A stretch of DNA of 64,000 nucleotides, from the NCBI GenBank assembly GCA_034521815.1, contig JAXHLW010000013.1, positions 416,001 through 480,000 on the forward strand, read 5' to 3'. This DNA comes from Trueperaceae bacterium. GTDB taxonomy: Bacteria; Deinococcota; Deinococci; Deinococcales; Trueperaceae. This document shows, in pieces, positions 1 through 11,253 of the stretch. A model generated the notes under the pieces. It saw only the letters and a program-made list of their open reading frames with translations. It did no database searches and was not told where the DNA came from. The first letter of the stretch is position 1, and every line of letters starts with the position of its first letter. The position numbers were made by a program, and so were the translations under genes.

Positions 1-2555
1 AGCAGATCGCGCGGACCCGTGGTCAGCAGCAGCTCGGTCCGCTTCACCTCGCCGCCGCGCTGCTGGCCGACGCCGACGGACCCCCTGCCCGCGTGGTCCA
101 GCGGGCCGGGGGAGAGCCAGCCCAGGCCTACGCCCAGCTCGACGCCGCCCTCGCCAAGCTGCCCAGCGTCTCCGGCCAAGCCGCCGGGACCGAGGTGTAC
201 GCCGGCGCCGAGCTGAACCGCGCGCTCTCCGCGGCCGACGCCCTGGCCCGCGAATGGGGCGACCGCTTCGTCGCCGCCGACGTCCTGCTCGTCGCCCTCC
301 GCCGTACGGTTTCCCGGGAGCTGGCCATGCTTCCGGGCGCCGCCGAGCTCGAAGCCGCCGCCAAGGAGATCCGCGGCGGACGGACCGTCGACGACGAGGG
401 CGCCGAGGGCACCTTCGAGGCCCTCGACACGTACGGCATCGACCTCACTCGCCAGGCCCGGGACGGCGGGCTCGACCCGGTCATCGGTCGCGACGACGAG
501 ATCCGCCGGGCCATCCAGATCCTGCTGCGGCGCACGAAGAACAACCCCGTCCTCATCGGCGAGCCCGGCGTCGGCAAGACGGCCATCGCCGAGGGTCTGG
601 CCCAGCGCATCGTCAGCGGAGACGTGCCCGAAGGGCTGCTGGGCAAGCGGATCGTGCAGCTGGACATGGGCTCGCTGCTGGCCGGCGCGAAGTACCGCGG
701 CGAGTTCGAGGAGCGCCTCAAGGCGGTCATCACCGAAGTGGTGGACGCGGGCGGCGAGATCGTGATGTTCATCGACGAGCTGCACACCATCGTCGGCGCC
801 GGCAAGGCCGAGGGCGCCGTCGACGCGGGCAACATGCTGAAGCCGCCGCTCGCCCGCGGGCAGCTGCGCATGATCGGCGCGACCACGCTCGACGAGTACC
901 GCGAGATCGAGAAGGACGCCGCGCTCGAGCGCCGCTTCCAGCCGATCTTCGTCGACGAGCCGTCGGTCGAGGAGACGGTCAGCATCCTCCGCGGCCTCAA
1001 GGAGAAGTACGAGGTGCACCACGGCGTGCGCATCACCGACCCCGCGCTGATCGCCGCCGCGACGCTGAGCCATCGCTACGTCGGCGACCGGCAGCTGCCG
1101 GACGCGGCGATCGATCTGATCGACGAGGCGGCCAGCCGGATCCGGGTGCAGCTCGACAGCCTGCCCGAAGAGATCGACGCGCTCAAGCGCCGCAAGCTCC
1201 AGCTCGACGTCGAGCGGGCGGCCCTGGCCAAGGAGGAGGATCCCGAAAGCGCCGCACGGCTCGTGCGGGCCGAGGAGGAGCTCCGCACGCTCGAGGAACG
1301 CATCGAGGAGGCCCAGAGCGACTGGCGCAGCGAGAAGGAGAAGCTCGACGAGCTGCGCGAGGCCCAGGAGGAGCGCGACCGCGTCCGGACACGCATCGAG
1401 GCCGCGGAGCGCGACTACGACCTGAACCAGGCGGCGGAGCTCCGCTACGGGCACCTGCCGAAGCTCGACCAGCGCATCCGCGAGCTCACCGCCGAGCTCG
1501 AGGGCGCCCACTACGTCCGGCTCGAGGTCGGCGAGGACGAGGTCGCCGAGGTGGTCTCGCGCTCGACCGGCATCCCGGTCGCCCGCCTGATGGAGGGCGA
1601 GCGCGAGAAGCTGCTCGGCCTCGAGGACGAGCTGCACCGCCGCGTCGTCGGACAGGACCGGGCGCTCTCGGCCGTCGCCGACGCCGTTCGCCGCTCGCGG
1701 GCGGGACTGGCCGACGACCGCAAGCCGATCGGCAGCTTCCTGTTCCTCGGGCCTACCGGCGTGGGCAAGACCGAGACCGCGAAGGCGCTAGCCCAGCAGC
1801 TGTTCGACGACGAGGACGCCATGGTGCGGCTGGACATGAGCGAGTACATGGAGCGGCACACCGTCGCCCGGCTGATCGGGGCGCCCCCCGGCTACGTCGG
1901 CTTCGAGGAGGGCGGCCAGCTCACCGAGGCGATCCGCCGCAGGCCGTACGCCGTGGTGCTGTTCGACGAGATCGAGAAGGCGCATCCTGACGTCTTCAAC
2001 GCACTTCTGCAGCTGCTCGACGACGGCCGTCTCACCGACGCCCACGGGCGCACGGTGGACTTCCGCAATACCGTCGTGATCCTCACCAGCAACATCGGCA
2101 GCCCCCAGATCCTCGAGATGGGACGGTCCGGCAGGCCCGCCTCGGAGATCGAGGAGACGGTGATGAACGAGCTCCGCACCGCGTTCAGGCCCGAGTTCCT
2201 GAACCGGCTGGACGACATCGTGGTGTTCGAAGGGCTCAGTCGCGAGCAGGTCGCCAGGATCGCCGAGCTGCGGATCGACGAGCTTCGTGCCCGCCTGGCG
2301 CCCACCCGGATCCGGCTCGAGGTGAGCGACGAGGCGCTGGCGTTCCTGTCGCGGGTCGGCTTCGACCCGGCGTTCGGCGCGCGCCCGCTGGCGCGTGCCA
2401 TCCGCAAGCACCTCGAGACGCCGCTGAGCCGTGAGATCCTCGGCGGGTCCGTACAGGACGGCGACATCGTGAAGGTGCGCACCGACGGCGAGCGCCTGAC
2501 GTTCGAGGTGGATCGGCCCCAGGACGTGCTCGGCGGAGGCGCTGCAGCGACGTAG
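1..2555 (+). CDS. clpB: ATP-dependent chaperone ClpB (5'-truncated by window edge)
   Basis: Two AAA+ modules ([16 protein letters not shown]), coiled-coil middle domain, [11 protein letters not shown] and [11 protein letters not shown] pore loops. The frame is open from position 3 ([21 protein letters not shown]), so the true start lies upstream of the window. Confidence 0.97.
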   Translation, partial: QIARTRGQQQLGPLHLAAALLADADGPPARVVQRAGGEPAQAYAQLDAALAKLPSVSGQAAGTEVYAGAELNRALSAADALAREWGDRFVAADVLLVALRRTVSRELAMLPGAAELEAAAKEIRGGRTVDDEGAEGTFEALDTYGIDLTRQARDGGLDPVIGRDDEIRRAIQILLRRTKNNPVLIGEPGVGKTAIAEGLAQRIVSGDVPEGLLGKRIVQLDMGSLLAGAKYRGEFEERLKAVITEVVDAGGEIVMFIDELHTIVGAGKAEGAVDAGNMLKPPLARGQLRMIGATTLDEYREIEKDAALERRFQPIFVDEPSVEETVSILRGLKEKYEVHHGVRITDPALIAAATLSHRYVGDRQLPDAAIDLIDEAASRIRVQLDSLPEEIDALKRRKLQLDVERAALAKEEDPESAARLVRAEEELRTLEERIEEAQSDWRSEKEKLDELREAQEERDRVRTRIEAAERDYDLNQAAELRYGHLPKLDQRIRELTAELEGAHYVRLEVGEDEVAEVVSRSTGIPVARLMEGEREKLLGLEDELHRRVVGQDRALSAVADAVRRSRAGLADDRKPIGSFLFLGPTGVGKTETAKALAQQLFDDEDAMVRLDMSEYMERHTVARLIGAPPGYVGFEEGGQLTEAIRRRPYAVVLFDEIEKAHPDVFNALLQLLDDGRLTDAHGRTVDFRNTVVILTSNIGSPQILEMGRSGRPASEIEETVMNELRTAFRPEFLNRLDDIVVFEGLSREQVARIAELRIDELRARLAPTRIRLEVSDEALAFLSRVGFDPAFGARPLARAIRKHLETPLSREILGGSVQDGDIVKVRTDGERLTFEVDRPQDVLGGGAAAT

Positions 2556-2722
2556 GCGCTGCACCGACGAGCGCGACCGCGCGCGTGCCGACGGTGCGGC
2601 CGCACGCGCGTGGACCCCGGGTACGGTGGGCGACGACGGCTCGCTCGAAGCGGGCTACCCTCGACCGACGTACGCGGCCACGCCTGGTGGCCGAGCGTGC
2701 CCGTTCTCTCGGAAGGAACCCC

Positions 2723-4213
2723 ATGTGCGGCATCTGCGGCGTCCACGGACGCCATCCCGACCCGGTAGGCGAGACCCGCAGGATGATGGCGGCGTTGCGT
2801 CACCGTGGACCCGACGACGAGGGCGTGATCAGCGTCGGCCCGACCACGCTGGGCCACGTCCGCCTCTCGATCGTCGATCCGGAGGGCGGGGTCCAGCCGC
2901 ACCGGAGCGAGGACGGGACCGTCGCGCTCGCCGGCAACGGCGAGATCTACAACCACGAGGGTCTACGCGCGCTGCTGGGGGACCACGAGTTCGCCTCCGA
3001 CGCGGACACCGAGGCGGCGCTCCACCTGTTCGAGCGCGATGGCGCGGCGTTCGCGCGGGCGCTGGACGGCATGTACGCCCTGGCGGTCGCCGACGGCCGC
3101 GATCTGGCGCTGGCGCGCGATCCGCTGGGGATCAAGCCGCTCTACCTCGCCGAGAAGGACGGCACGACCTGGTTCGCATCCGAGCTCAAGGCGCTGGCCC
3201 ACGTCGGCGCGCCGCTACGGGCCGTGCGGCCGGGCACCGTCTGGCACTCGCGTCACGGGGTGCGCCGAAGCTGGTCGCTGCCCGAGGCGCGCAGCGAGAT
3301 CGGCGACGCGGACGAGGCTCGGCGCGCGGTCCGCGCAGCGCTCGAGGCGGCGGTCGACAAGCGCCTGATGGCCGACGTTCCGCTGGGCGCGTTCCTCTCG
3401 GGCGGGCTGGACTCGAGCGCGATCGCGGCCCTGGCGATCCGCCGCGCCGGCTCGCTCAAGACCTTCTCGGTCGGTACCGAGGGATCGCCCGACCTGATCG
3501 CGGCCCGCGTCGTCGCGGAGCATCTCGGCACCGATCACTACGAGCACGTCATCGATCCCGCCGAGGTCCGCGAGGTGCTGCCGGGCATCGTGGCAGGGCT
3601 CGAGTCGTTCGACGCCGACCTGGTTCGAAGCGTGGTGCCCACCTGGTTCACCGCGCGCCTGGCCGCCGAGCACGTCAAGGTGATCCTGACGGGGGAGGGC
3701 GCCGACGAGCTGTTCGCCGGCTACGCCTACCACGCCGACTACGACGGCGACCCGGGCGCCCTGGCCAGCGAGCTGACCCGGTCGCTGGGGACGATGCACG
3801 ACGTGAACCTGCAGCGCGTCGACCGTATGACCATGGCGCACGGCCTCGAAGGCCGCGTGCCGTTCCTGGACTGGGGCCTGATCGACGTGGCGCAACGCAT
3901 CGATCCCCGCCTCAAGCGGCGGGGCGGCACCGAGAAGTGGATCCTGAGGGAGGCCGTCGCCGACCTGCTGCCCGAGGCGATCGTCTGGCGCGGCAAGGCC
4001 CAGTTCGACGAAGGGTCGGGCTCGGTCGACCTTCTCGCCGACCTCGTGCGCGACCTACCGGACGAGCCCGGCCCCGACGCGCCGTTCCCGCTCCGCTCGG
4101 CCGAGGAGGCGGCGTACTACCGGATGTTCGCCGGCGCGTTCCCCGATCCGCAGGCCGCCGCGGCCGTGGTCGGGCGATGGCACGCCGGGCGCACGTCCAA
4201 CAGCGCGCGCTGA
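2723..4213 (+). CDS. asnB: Asparagine synthase (glutamine-hydrolysing) family
   Basis: Starts MCGICG (Ntn Cys) after GGAAGGA SD; motifs HRGPD, NGEIYN, LSGGLDSS, TGEGADELFAGY, RVPFLD. Confidence 0.92.
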   Translation: MCGICGVHGRHPDPVGETRRMMAALRHRGPDDEGVISVGPTTLGHVRLSIVDPEGGVQPHRSEDGTVALAGNGEIYNHEGLRALLGDHEFASDADTEAALHLFERDGAAFARALDGMYALAVADGRDLALARDPLGIKPLYLAEKDGTTWFASELKALAHVGAPLRAVRPGTVWHSRHGVRRSWSLPEARSEIGDADEARRAVRAALEAAVDKRLMADVPLGAFLSGGLDSSAIAALAIRRAGSLKTFSVGTEGSPDLIAARVVAEHLGTDHYEHVIDPAEVREVLPGIVAGLESFDADLVRSVVPTWFTARLAAEHVKVILTGEGADELFAGYAYHADYDGDPGALASELTRSLGTMHDVNLQRVDRMTMAHGLEGRVPFLDWGLIDVAQRIDPRLKRRGGTEKWILREAVADLLPEAIVWRGKAQFDEGSGSVDLLADLVRDLPDEPGPDAPFPLRSAEEAAYYRMFAGAFPDPQAAAAVVGRWHAGRTSNSAR

Positions 4214-4250
4214 GCCACGGACCGGCGCGCTCGCTCGGCACCGGGCTCGC

Positions 4251-7142
4251 TCAGCCCGGCTCGCGGACCACGAGCGCCAGCTCGTCGCGCGCCGCCTCGA
4301 GTCCGGCCGTCGGGCCCAGCACGACGATGCGTGGCTCGCCGGCGGCCTCGATCGCGTCGGCGAGCTCCGTGAACACCGAGCGGTCGGCGTCCAGCAGCTC
4401 GCGACGTAGCCGCTGCGTCTGACCTTCGGTCCCACGCAGCCGACGCGTCAACGCCCTGAAGCCCCGTGCGCCGGGCAGCGCGTACGGATCGAGCGATCCC
4501 ACGGCGCCGATCACCAGGGTCTCGAAGTCGAGGGGCTCGACCGTCCCCGCCGCTTCGCGCAACAGATCCGGCGCCTGGGCGACGATGTCGAGCGTCTCGG
4601 TCAGGTTCGGGTCACGGTACGAGAACGTTCGGATCGCGCCGTGCAGCGGATCGAGCTGGGCGCCCGCTCCGTACGCACCCCCCTGGAACCGCAGCCGCGG
4701 GATCAGCACGTCGGCCGTCAGCCAGCGCGCCGCCGCGAGCCAGCCACCGGGCAGCGGTGCGCCCCCGAGCAGCGTTCGTCCCGTCGCCACGTAGTGCACC
4801 TGGCCAGGAAGCGTCCACCCCTCGCGCGTCCCCGGCGCATCCAGCCGCCACTCCGCCGCGTCGCCGGCGCCGGCCGGGAGGCCGCCCAGCAGCGTGGGGA
4901 GCGCGTCGTCGGCCGCGGTCGCGGCCTCGTCGTCGGCAGTGACGCCGACGACGAGGCCGGCCCGCACCAGCAGCGTGTCGCGGAGCTCGGCGAGCTCGGC
5001 GGCGAGGGCCGGCCAGTCGTCGTCGCAACGATCGACGAGCCGAGCGAGGCCGTCCAGCGAGGCGAGGCCGCCGATCAGCTCCTCGGCGCGGTCCTCGCCG
5101 CTGTCGTGCGCGGCCAGCCGGCGCAGCGCGAAGCGGTGCCCCGCCGGCTCCAGCGCCGAGCGACGACGCGCGAGGTCCTCCACCGCCAGGCGCCGGACCT
5201 GCGCGACGTCGCTCAGGTCGGCTTCGGTGACGATCTCCGTCATCAGGTCGGTCAGGTCGGCGGCCTTGTGGGCCAGCGCCTTGCCGCGCACGAAGAAGCG
5301 CGCCATGCCTGGAGCTCCACCGACACCGGCGGCGAGGTCGGCGCCGGCGCCGATGCCGCCGGTGTCGCGGTCGATCGCACGGCTCAGGTCGGCCAGCGAG
5401 CGGCTTCGGGTTCCTGTCTCGAGCAGAAGGCGACCGAGCAACCCCACGTGAGGGAGCAGGCGCTCGGGCACGCGTCGCAGATCGAAGCCCAGATCCAGGT
5501 AGACCAGGCCGCGGGTCGGCAGGTCGACGCGCAGGACCTGAACGCCGCCCCGGTCCTCGGCGTGGATCTCGGGCTCGGGCCGCTGCTCGCGGAGGTCGTC
5601 TCGGTGAAGGCGGGGCAGGGTGGCACGCACCTCGGGAGGGTCGGGCCGACGTTGCGCCTCCGCCAGCTCGGCGGCGCTCGCGGCCACGGCGTCCATCTCG
5701 GCGTCGCTCATCGCCGTCGCTCGCGCGCGCAAGCGCGCCGACTCCTGCGTCGCGCGCCGCTCGCTCAGCTCCAGATCGGGCACGACCGTCGACGCCACCC
5801 GGTGCGGATTGTCGAGCAAGCGCTCGCGCATCAGCGCGGTCAGGGCGCCCGCGCCCTCGCCCAGGCGGTCGTCCAGATCCGCGAGGGCGGCGTCGAGATC
5901 CACCTGCCGCAGAGGGTCGCCTCCGTGCAGCCACGCTCCCAGCGCGTCCAGCCCCAGCGCCAGGCCACGCTGGCCGCCGTACACGTCCAGCTCGCGCAGG
6001 TCGAACTCCAGCCGGTTTCGCGCCGCCAGGACGTCGGCTGCGTCCAAGCCGCGCTGGGCCAGGTCCCGGAGCGTCGCCAGCACCCGCTCGTGGACCTCGT
6101 CGGTGCGCTCCGGATCGACGCCGCGGAGGCCGGCGCGAAACACCGGTTGACGCAGCGCGCTGCCCAGGCCGCCGACGAACGCCTCGCCCAGGCCGGCGTC
6201 CAGCAGCGCGCGGCGCAGCGGGGCGGCCGGCGAGCCGACCAGCACGTGACCCAGCACCTCGAGCGCCAGCTCCTCGCCCGGCCCGGACGGTGCCGGGAGC
6301 GCCCAGGCGACCGTGGCGAACGCTTTGCCGCGCGCGTCCGACGGGTAGGCGCCCTCCGCCGTGCCTGGCGCGTCGAACGGGGGCTGGATGGCGGGCGGGG
6401 GCAGCGGGCTCAGGCGCGGAGCTCCCTCGAGGTAGCGGGCGATCGCCGCCAGCGTCGGCTCCAGCGGTACGTCGCCGTGCACCACGAACCGGGCCCGGCT
6501 GGGGTGGTAGTGCGCGGCGTGGTACGCGACCAGATCCTCGTACGTCAGGTCGGGAATCGCGGCCGGGTCGCCGCCCGACTCGTGCCGGTAGGCGGTGCCT
6601 GGGAACAGCGCCGCGGTCTCGGTGTGCGCCAGCGCGCGACTCGGATCGGCGACCGCTCCCTTCATCTCGTTGTACACGACGCCGCGAAGACGCAGCTCGC
6701 GGTCCGACCCGTTCAGCTCGAGGTGCCAGGCCTCCTGATCGAACGTCTCGCGCGACAGGCGTGGCCGGAACACGGCGTCGAGGTAGACGTCGAGCAGGTT
6801 GAGGAAGTCGCGCGGATGCTCCGTCGCGAACGGGTAGATCGTCCGGTCGGGGTACGTCATCGCGTTCAGGAAGCCCGCCAGGGACCCCTTGATCATCTCG
6901 AAGAACGGGTCCTTGAGCGGAAAGCGCTCGGAGCCGGCGAGGACCATGTGCTCCAGGATGTGGGCGACGCCGGTGTCGTCGTCGGGGAGGGTCTGGAACC
7001 CGACGGCGAACGACAGGTTCGGCTCGGCGCCCTGGAGCGCCAGCAGCTCGGCGCCGCTGGCCTCGTGACGAAAGCGCCGTCCGACGACCCCTGCGATGAC
7101 GAGATCGCGTTCCTCGACGCTCGTGAATCCGTGCATGTCCAT
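4251..7142 (-). CDS. Insulinase family M16C (presequence protease-like) zinc metallopeptidase
   Basis: Inverted zincin motif HILEH; FLNAMTYPDRT, GVVYNEMKG, GGAYGA and SYRDP motifs; 963 aa. Confidence 0.93.
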   Translation of the reverse strand: MDMHGFTSVEERDLVIAGVVGRRFRHEASGAELLALQGAEPNLSFAVGFQTLPDDDTGVAHILEHMVLAGSERFPLKDPFFEMIKGSLAGFLNAMTYPDRTIYPFATEHPRDFLNLLDVYLDAVFRPRLSRETFDQEAWHLELNGSDRELRLRGVVYNEMKGAVADPSRALAHTETAALFPGTAYRHESGGDPAAIPDLTYEDLVAYHAAHYHPSRARFVVHGDVPLEPTLAAIARYLEGAPRLSPLPPPAIQPPFDAPGTAEGAYPSDARGKAFATVAWALPAPSGPGEELALEVLGHVLVGSPAAPLRRALLDAGLGEAFVGGLGSALRQPVFRAGLRGVDPERTDEVHERVLATLRDLAQRGLDAADVLAARNRLEFDLRELDVYGGQRGLALGLDALGAWLHGGDPLRQVDLDAALADLDDRLGEGAGALTALMRERLLDNPHRVASTVVPDLELSERRATQESARLRARATAMSDAEMDAVAASAAELAEAQRRPDPPEVRATLPRLHRDDLREQRPEPEIHAEDRGGVQVLRVDLPTRGLVYLDLGFDLRRVPERLLPHVGLLGRLLLETGTRSRSLADLSRAIDRDTGGIGAGADLAAGVGGAPGMARFFVRGKALAHKAADLTDLMTEIVTEADLSDVAQVRRLAVEDLARRRSALEPAGHRFALRRLAAHDSGEDRAEELIGGLASLDGLARLVDRCDDDWPALAAELAELRDTLLVRAGLVVGVTADDEAATAADDALPTLLGGLPAGAGDAAEWRLDAPGTREGWTLPGQVHYVATGRTLLGGAPLPGGWLAAARWLTADVLIPRLRFQGGAYGAGAQLDPLHGAIRTFSYRDPNLTETLDIVAQAPDLLREAAGTVEPLDFETLVIGAVGSLDPYALPGARGFRALTRRLRGTEGQTQRLRRELLDADRSVFTELADAIEAAGEPRIVVLGPTAGLEAARDELALVVREPG

Positions 7143-7146
7143 GGCG

Positions 7147-7218
7147 CGGACGCTATCACGGCGCTAGGCATGTGCGGCGTATGGGGAGCGCCGTCGGACG
7201 CCGCCGTGATAGCGTCCG
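7147..7218. repeat. Perfect 17-bp inverted repeat, each arm carrying the -10 box of one of two divergent genes
   Basis: CGGACGCTATCACGGCG (7147-7163) and CGCCGTGATAGCGTCCG (7202-7218), 38-bp spacer; TAGCGT lies 6-7 nt before each start codon. Confidence 0.8.
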
Positions 7219-7221
7219 GTC

Positions 7222-8622
7222 GTGGTTCCTCGTCGTGCTCGGCTTCCGCACCTCGAGCCCGCTCGGCGTGCCCTCGCCGAAGGGCGTTACGAGGTGGCGT
7301 TCGCGCTGCTCGAGGACGCAGCGGCGAGGACCCGTCCTCAGCAGGTCCGCGCGCACTACCAGCTTCATCTCGCCGCCGCCGATGCGCTGTACGGAAACGA
7401 AGGACTCGATCACGGCCTCCGTGCTCTCAGGGCCGTGGCCGCCGCCGACCCCGACGCCGTGCGGTGGCCGCTGTACCGTGCCCTTCACTGGGAGTTCCGC
7501 GCGTTGCAGGGCGCCTCCGCGCACGAGGTCCGTCACGGTGTCGACGGTCTGGGCGACGACGATCCGGTCGCGGCGTACCACGCGGCCAGCGCGCTGTGGC
7601 GCTCGGGAGCGTCACGGACCGCACGGCGCGCCCTGGCCGGCATCGACGAGCGTGAGCTTCCCGAGTACCTGCGGTGGCGCAGCGCCTTCCTGCTGGGACA
7701 CGTCCACGCCGACGCCGGCGACTGGGAGGCCGCGACCGTCGCGTTCGTGGACGCGTTCAGGTCGGCGGCCGCGAGCGAGCGCGAGCCGGTCCGCATCCAC
7801 CTCGCGAGCGCGCTTCTGGAGATCGGCCGGGCGGAGGAGGCCCACCGGCTGCTGGACGCGCTGGACCCGGAGGCGTTGACGCCCCCCGACGTGGGCTGGG
7901 GCTACGAGCTCCAAGGTCGAGCGGAGCTGGAGCTGGGCAATCCGAGGCGCGCTCTGGACCACCTGGACGACGCGGACCGCCTGGCCGAGGACGGGATTCG
8001 CCGCTTCGCGGTGGCGCAGGCACGCGCGCAAGCGCTTGCGCGGCTCGGCCGGCACGCCGAGGCGGCCGAGCGCATCGCCGAGGCGCTTCCCGACGCGCCC
8101 GAGAGCGAACGCGCCTACGCCCTGCACGAGCGCGCCATCGCCTTGCTGGAGGCGGACCGGATCGACGAAGCGCAAGAAGTGCTCGACGAGCTCCTCCTCG
8201 ATCCGGACTACCCTCACCGGGGCGAAGCCACCGCCGACCTGGCCGAGATCGAGCTTCGCCGGGGCGACCTGTCCGAGGCGCGCCAGGCCGCCGTGCGCGC
8301 CCTGGAGCTCGGGGCGACCGGGCCGGCGTGCCTGACGCTGGGCACGGTCGCGTTCGAGTACTTCGACTTCGACGAGGCGGTCGTCTGGCTGGAGCGCGCC
8401 GTCAGCGCGACGTCGGCCGGCGATCCGACCTGGATCGCTGCGCACCAGCTCCTCGCCGACGTGTACGCCCAGCGTGGCCCGTCGTCGGCGGAGAACCTGC
8501 TGATCCACGCGCGAAAGGCGCTGAGCTGGGCCGAGGGGGGCAGCGAGTGGGCCGGACCGCTGGAGGCGCAGGTCGAGCTGGCCCGGGGCTGGCTCGGTGG
8601 ACACGAGCGCTGGCTGAACTGA
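7222..8622 (+). CDS. Tetratricopeptide-repeat (TPR) protein
   Basis: Ala/Leu-rich helical repeats with TPR-like patterns (GRAEEAHRLL, GRHAEAAERI, GDLSEARQAA); GTG start 6 nt after TAGCGT. Confidence 0.75.
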   Translation: MVPRRARLPHLEPARRALAEGRYEVAFALLEDAAARTRPQQVRAHYQLHLAAADALYGNEGLDHGLRALRAVAAADPDAVRWPLYRALHWEFRALQGASAHEVRHGVDGLGDDDPVAAYHAASALWRSGASRTARRALAGIDERELPEYLRWRSAFLLGHVHADAGDWEAATVAFVDAFRSAAASEREPVRIHLASALLEIGRAEEAHRLLDALDPEALTPPDVGWGYELQGRAELELGNPRRALDHLDDADRLAEDGIRRFAVAQARAQALARLGRHAEAAERIAEALPDAPESERAYALHERAIALLEADRIDEAQEVLDELLLDPDYPHRGEATADLAEIELRRGDLSEARQAAVRALELGATGPACLTLGTVAFEYFDFDEAVVWLERAVSATSAGDPTWIAAHQLLADVYAQRGPSSAENLLIHARKALSWAEGGSEWAGPLEAQVELARGWLGGHERWLN

Positions 8623-8686
8623 CGGCCGCTGGGCGCCCGGTCTTCACGGAACGGGCGACGCGCGATCCGACGGTACACTTCCCGGG

Positions 8687-10270
8687 ATGGAAGGTCTTCT
8701 GCTCGCTCAGGTTCTGGACGAGGTCCGCTCGCGCACGCCGGCCGAACGACTGGACTGGCGCTTCGTCGACGAGCACACCGCCGTCCTGCCGTTGGTGCCC
8801 GACCTGGCGCTCTGGTGCTTCGATCGCCTCCCGACGCCTCGCCTGGAGCTGCGACACGACCAGCCGTCCGGTGCAGGCGGTCCCCGGACCGGATTCCAGG
8901 AGCTGCTCCGGGCCCGGGCGGTCGGGGCGCTGGTCGCGGTGGAACAGCCGGGCCTCGATCGGATCGCGCGCCTGCGCTTCGGTGCGGCCAGCGGGTTCGT
9001 CGGAGCGTCGGCGGTCGACCTGGTCGCCGAGCTGACCGGACGGAACGGGAACCTGATCCTGGTGGACGAGGCCGAGACGATCATCGGCGCCGCTCGCGAG
9101 ATCGGTCCCGAGATGAACCGCTACCGCCAGGTCCGTGCGGGCCTGCCGTACCGGCCGCCCCCGCCGTACGACAAGCTCGATCCGCGTCACGCCTCGCGCG
9201 ACCAGCTCCGCGCCGTTCTGCAGGGACGGAAGCCCACCCAGATCAAGCGCCAGGTGGACGGGGTCGGACCGGAGCTCACCGCGGCGATCGTGGCGCTCGC
9301 CGGGGTGCCGGCGGACGCGGAGCTCGAAGGCCAGCGGCTCGACGCGGTGCTGGGCGCTCTGGCGGAGGTCGTCGAGGATCCCGCCGGGGCCGCGCAGCGG
9401 GCGCTGGGACGACCGGACGTCGCGACGCTGCGAGCGCGCGAGCGGCGCGAGGCCGATCTCAGGCGGGTCACCGCGCACCTGAACGAGCGGGCCGCGCTGG
9501 CGCGAAAGCGTCGCCACGACGCCGATCGGACGCTGATCGCGGCGGAGGACGCCGCCCGTCTTCGGGGCGAAGCCGATCTGCTGCTCGCGTACGCCGGACG
9601 GGTGCCGGTGGGCGCGTCGAGCGCGGTCCTGCCGGCGTTCGAGGGCGGCGAGGTCGAGATCAACCTCGATCCGTCGCTTCCGGCGACGGCCAACGCCGAG
9701 GCGCGGTACGAGCAGGCTCGAAGGCGAGAGGCGCGTGCGGAGCGGGCGCTGCAGCGGGCCGACGAGCTCGACCGCGAGCTGCTCGATCTCGAGGGCGAGC
9801 TCGACACGCTGAGCGAGCTCGACGACGACGCGCTGCGAGCGCGCGCCGAGGCGCTCGAGCCGAAGCGTGCCTCCAAGCGGCGAGAGGTGGGACTGCGCTA
9901 CCCCGCTCCGCACGGCTTCACCGTCGTCGTGGGCCGTAACGCGCGCGAGAACGACGAGGTCACGTTCAAGGTGGCCCGCAGTCGCGATGTCTGGCTTCAC
10001 GTGCAGGGGTGGCACGGATCCCACGTGGTCATCCTGACGCAGGGCCGCGAGGTGCCGTTCGACACCGTGCTGTTCGCGGCACGGCTGGCCGCCGGCCACT
10101 CGAAGGCGGTCGGCGGGGACAACGTGCCGGTCGACTACACGGCTCGCAAGAACGTCTGGAAGGTCAAGGGGGGCCCGGCGGGCGCCGTTCGCTTCTCGCA
10201 GCAGAAGACCGTGTACGTCACGCCCAGCCGCAACCCGGCCGCGGAGGCCGCGCAAGAGGCTGGGCGCTAG
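8687..10270 (+). CDS. rqcH: Ribosome quality control protein RqcH/Rqc2 (NFACT, FbpA family)
   Basis: NFACT-N motifs (GLDRIARL, AELTGRNGNLILVD), coiled coil, C-terminal NFACT-R (VGRNAREND, WLHVQGWHGSHVVI, VDYT). Confidence 0.9.
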   Translation: MEGLLLAQVLDEVRSRTPAERLDWRFVDEHTAVLPLVPDLALWCFDRLPTPRLELRHDQPSGAGGPRTGFQELLRARAVGALVAVEQPGLDRIARLRFGAASGFVGASAVDLVAELTGRNGNLILVDEAETIIGAAREIGPEMNRYRQVRAGLPYRPPPPYDKLDPRHASRDQLRAVLQGRKPTQIKRQVDGVGPELTAAIVALAGVPADAELEGQRLDAVLGALAEVVEDPAGAAQRALGRPDVATLRARERREADLRRVTAHLNERAALARKRRHDADRTLIAAEDAARLRGEADLLLAYAGRVPVGASSAVLPAFEGGEVEINLDPSLPATANAEARYEQARRREARAERALQRADELDRELLDLEGELDTLSELDDDALRARAEALEPKRASKRREVGLRYPAPHGFTVVVGRNARENDEVTFKVARSRDVWLHVQGWHGSHVVILTQGREVPFDTVLFAARLAAGHSKAVGGDNVPVDYTARKNVWKVKGGPAGAVRFSQQKTVYVTPSRNPAAEAAQEAGR

Positions 10271-10297
10271 CTACGGTCGCGAAGGCGCCGGGCCTGG

Positions 10298-11221
10298 TCA
10301 GTCGGCTTTGCCGGCCGAGCCGAACACCTGCATGCGTTCCGCGACGATGCGTCGCATCTCGTCCCTGGCGGGCCCGAGGATCTTGCGCGGATCGAACTCC
10401 GACGGGTCGTCCTTGAGCACCTCGCGCACGCGCGCGGTGAACGCCAGACGAAGGTCGGTGTCGGTGTTGATCTTGGCGATGCCTTCGGTGACGGCCTTGC
10501 GGACGTCGTCCTCGTGGATCCCGCTGGCGTCGGCCAGCGATCCGCCGGCGTCGTTCAGGCGCTGGACGATGTCGCTGGGCACGCCGCTCGCTCCGTGCAT
10601 CACCAGCGGATGGGGAAGGCGCGAGGCGATCTCGACGATCCGGTCGTGGTCGATGTACGGTCGGCCCTTGCCCTTGTTCGCGCCGTGCGACGTGCCGATC
10701 GCCACGGCGAGGTAGTCCGCGCCGCTCTCGTGCATGAACCGCTCCGCCTCGTCGGGCTTCGTGAGGATCGCGTCTTCGGCGCTGACCACCACGTGCTCCT
10801 CGACCCCGCCGAGTCGGCCGATCTCGGCCTCGACCGTCACGCCGACGGCGTGAGCGGCCTGCACGACCCGGGCGGTCTCGCGCACGTTGACCTCTTCCTC
10901 GGCGTGCGACTTGTCGATCATCACCGAGGTGAAGCCCATCCGGATCGCTCGCAGGCACGACTCGTACGACGAGCCGTGATCGAGGTGGATCGCGACCGGG
11001 ACGGTCGCGTCGCGGGCCATCTCGACGACCATCTTGGGCAAGATCGCGCCGCCGTACTTCAGCGCGCCTTCGGATAGCGCGAGGAGCACTGGGCTGCGCG
11101 TCTCCTCGGCGGCTTCGAGGATCGCCTGGGTGATCTCCATGTCGTTGGTGTTGAAGGCCCCGACGCCGTACTGGCCGTCGCGGGCCGCCTTGAGGATGTC
11201 GAGTCCGGTCATGAGGGGCAT
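10298..11221 (-). CDS. fba: Class II fructose-1,6-bisphosphate aldolase
   Basis: YGVGAFN, HLDHG, GFTSVMID, AIGTSHG, HGASG, KINTDTD motifs. Confidence 0.95.
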   Translation of the reverse strand: MPLMTGLDILKAARDGQYGVGAFNTNDMEITQAILEAAEETRSPVLLALSEGALKYGGAILPKMVVEMARDATVPVAIHLDHGSSYESCLRAIRMGFTSVMIDKSHAEEEVNVRETARVVQAAHAVGVTVEAEIGRLGGVEEHVVVSAEDAILTKPDEAERFMHESGADYLAVAIGTSHGANKGKGRPYIDHDRIVEIASRLPHPLVMHGASGVPSDIVQRLNDAGGSLADASGIHEDDVRKAVTEGIAKINTDTDLRLAFTARVREVLKDDPSEFDPRKILGPARDEMRRIVAERMQVFGSAGKAD

Positions 11222-11253
11222 GACGGCATCCTACCGCAGCGAACGCGCCGCCT

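Noticed and set aside
4641..7655. 1004-aa plus-strand ORF
   Set aside because: Antisense shadow of the M16C peptidase; no motifs.
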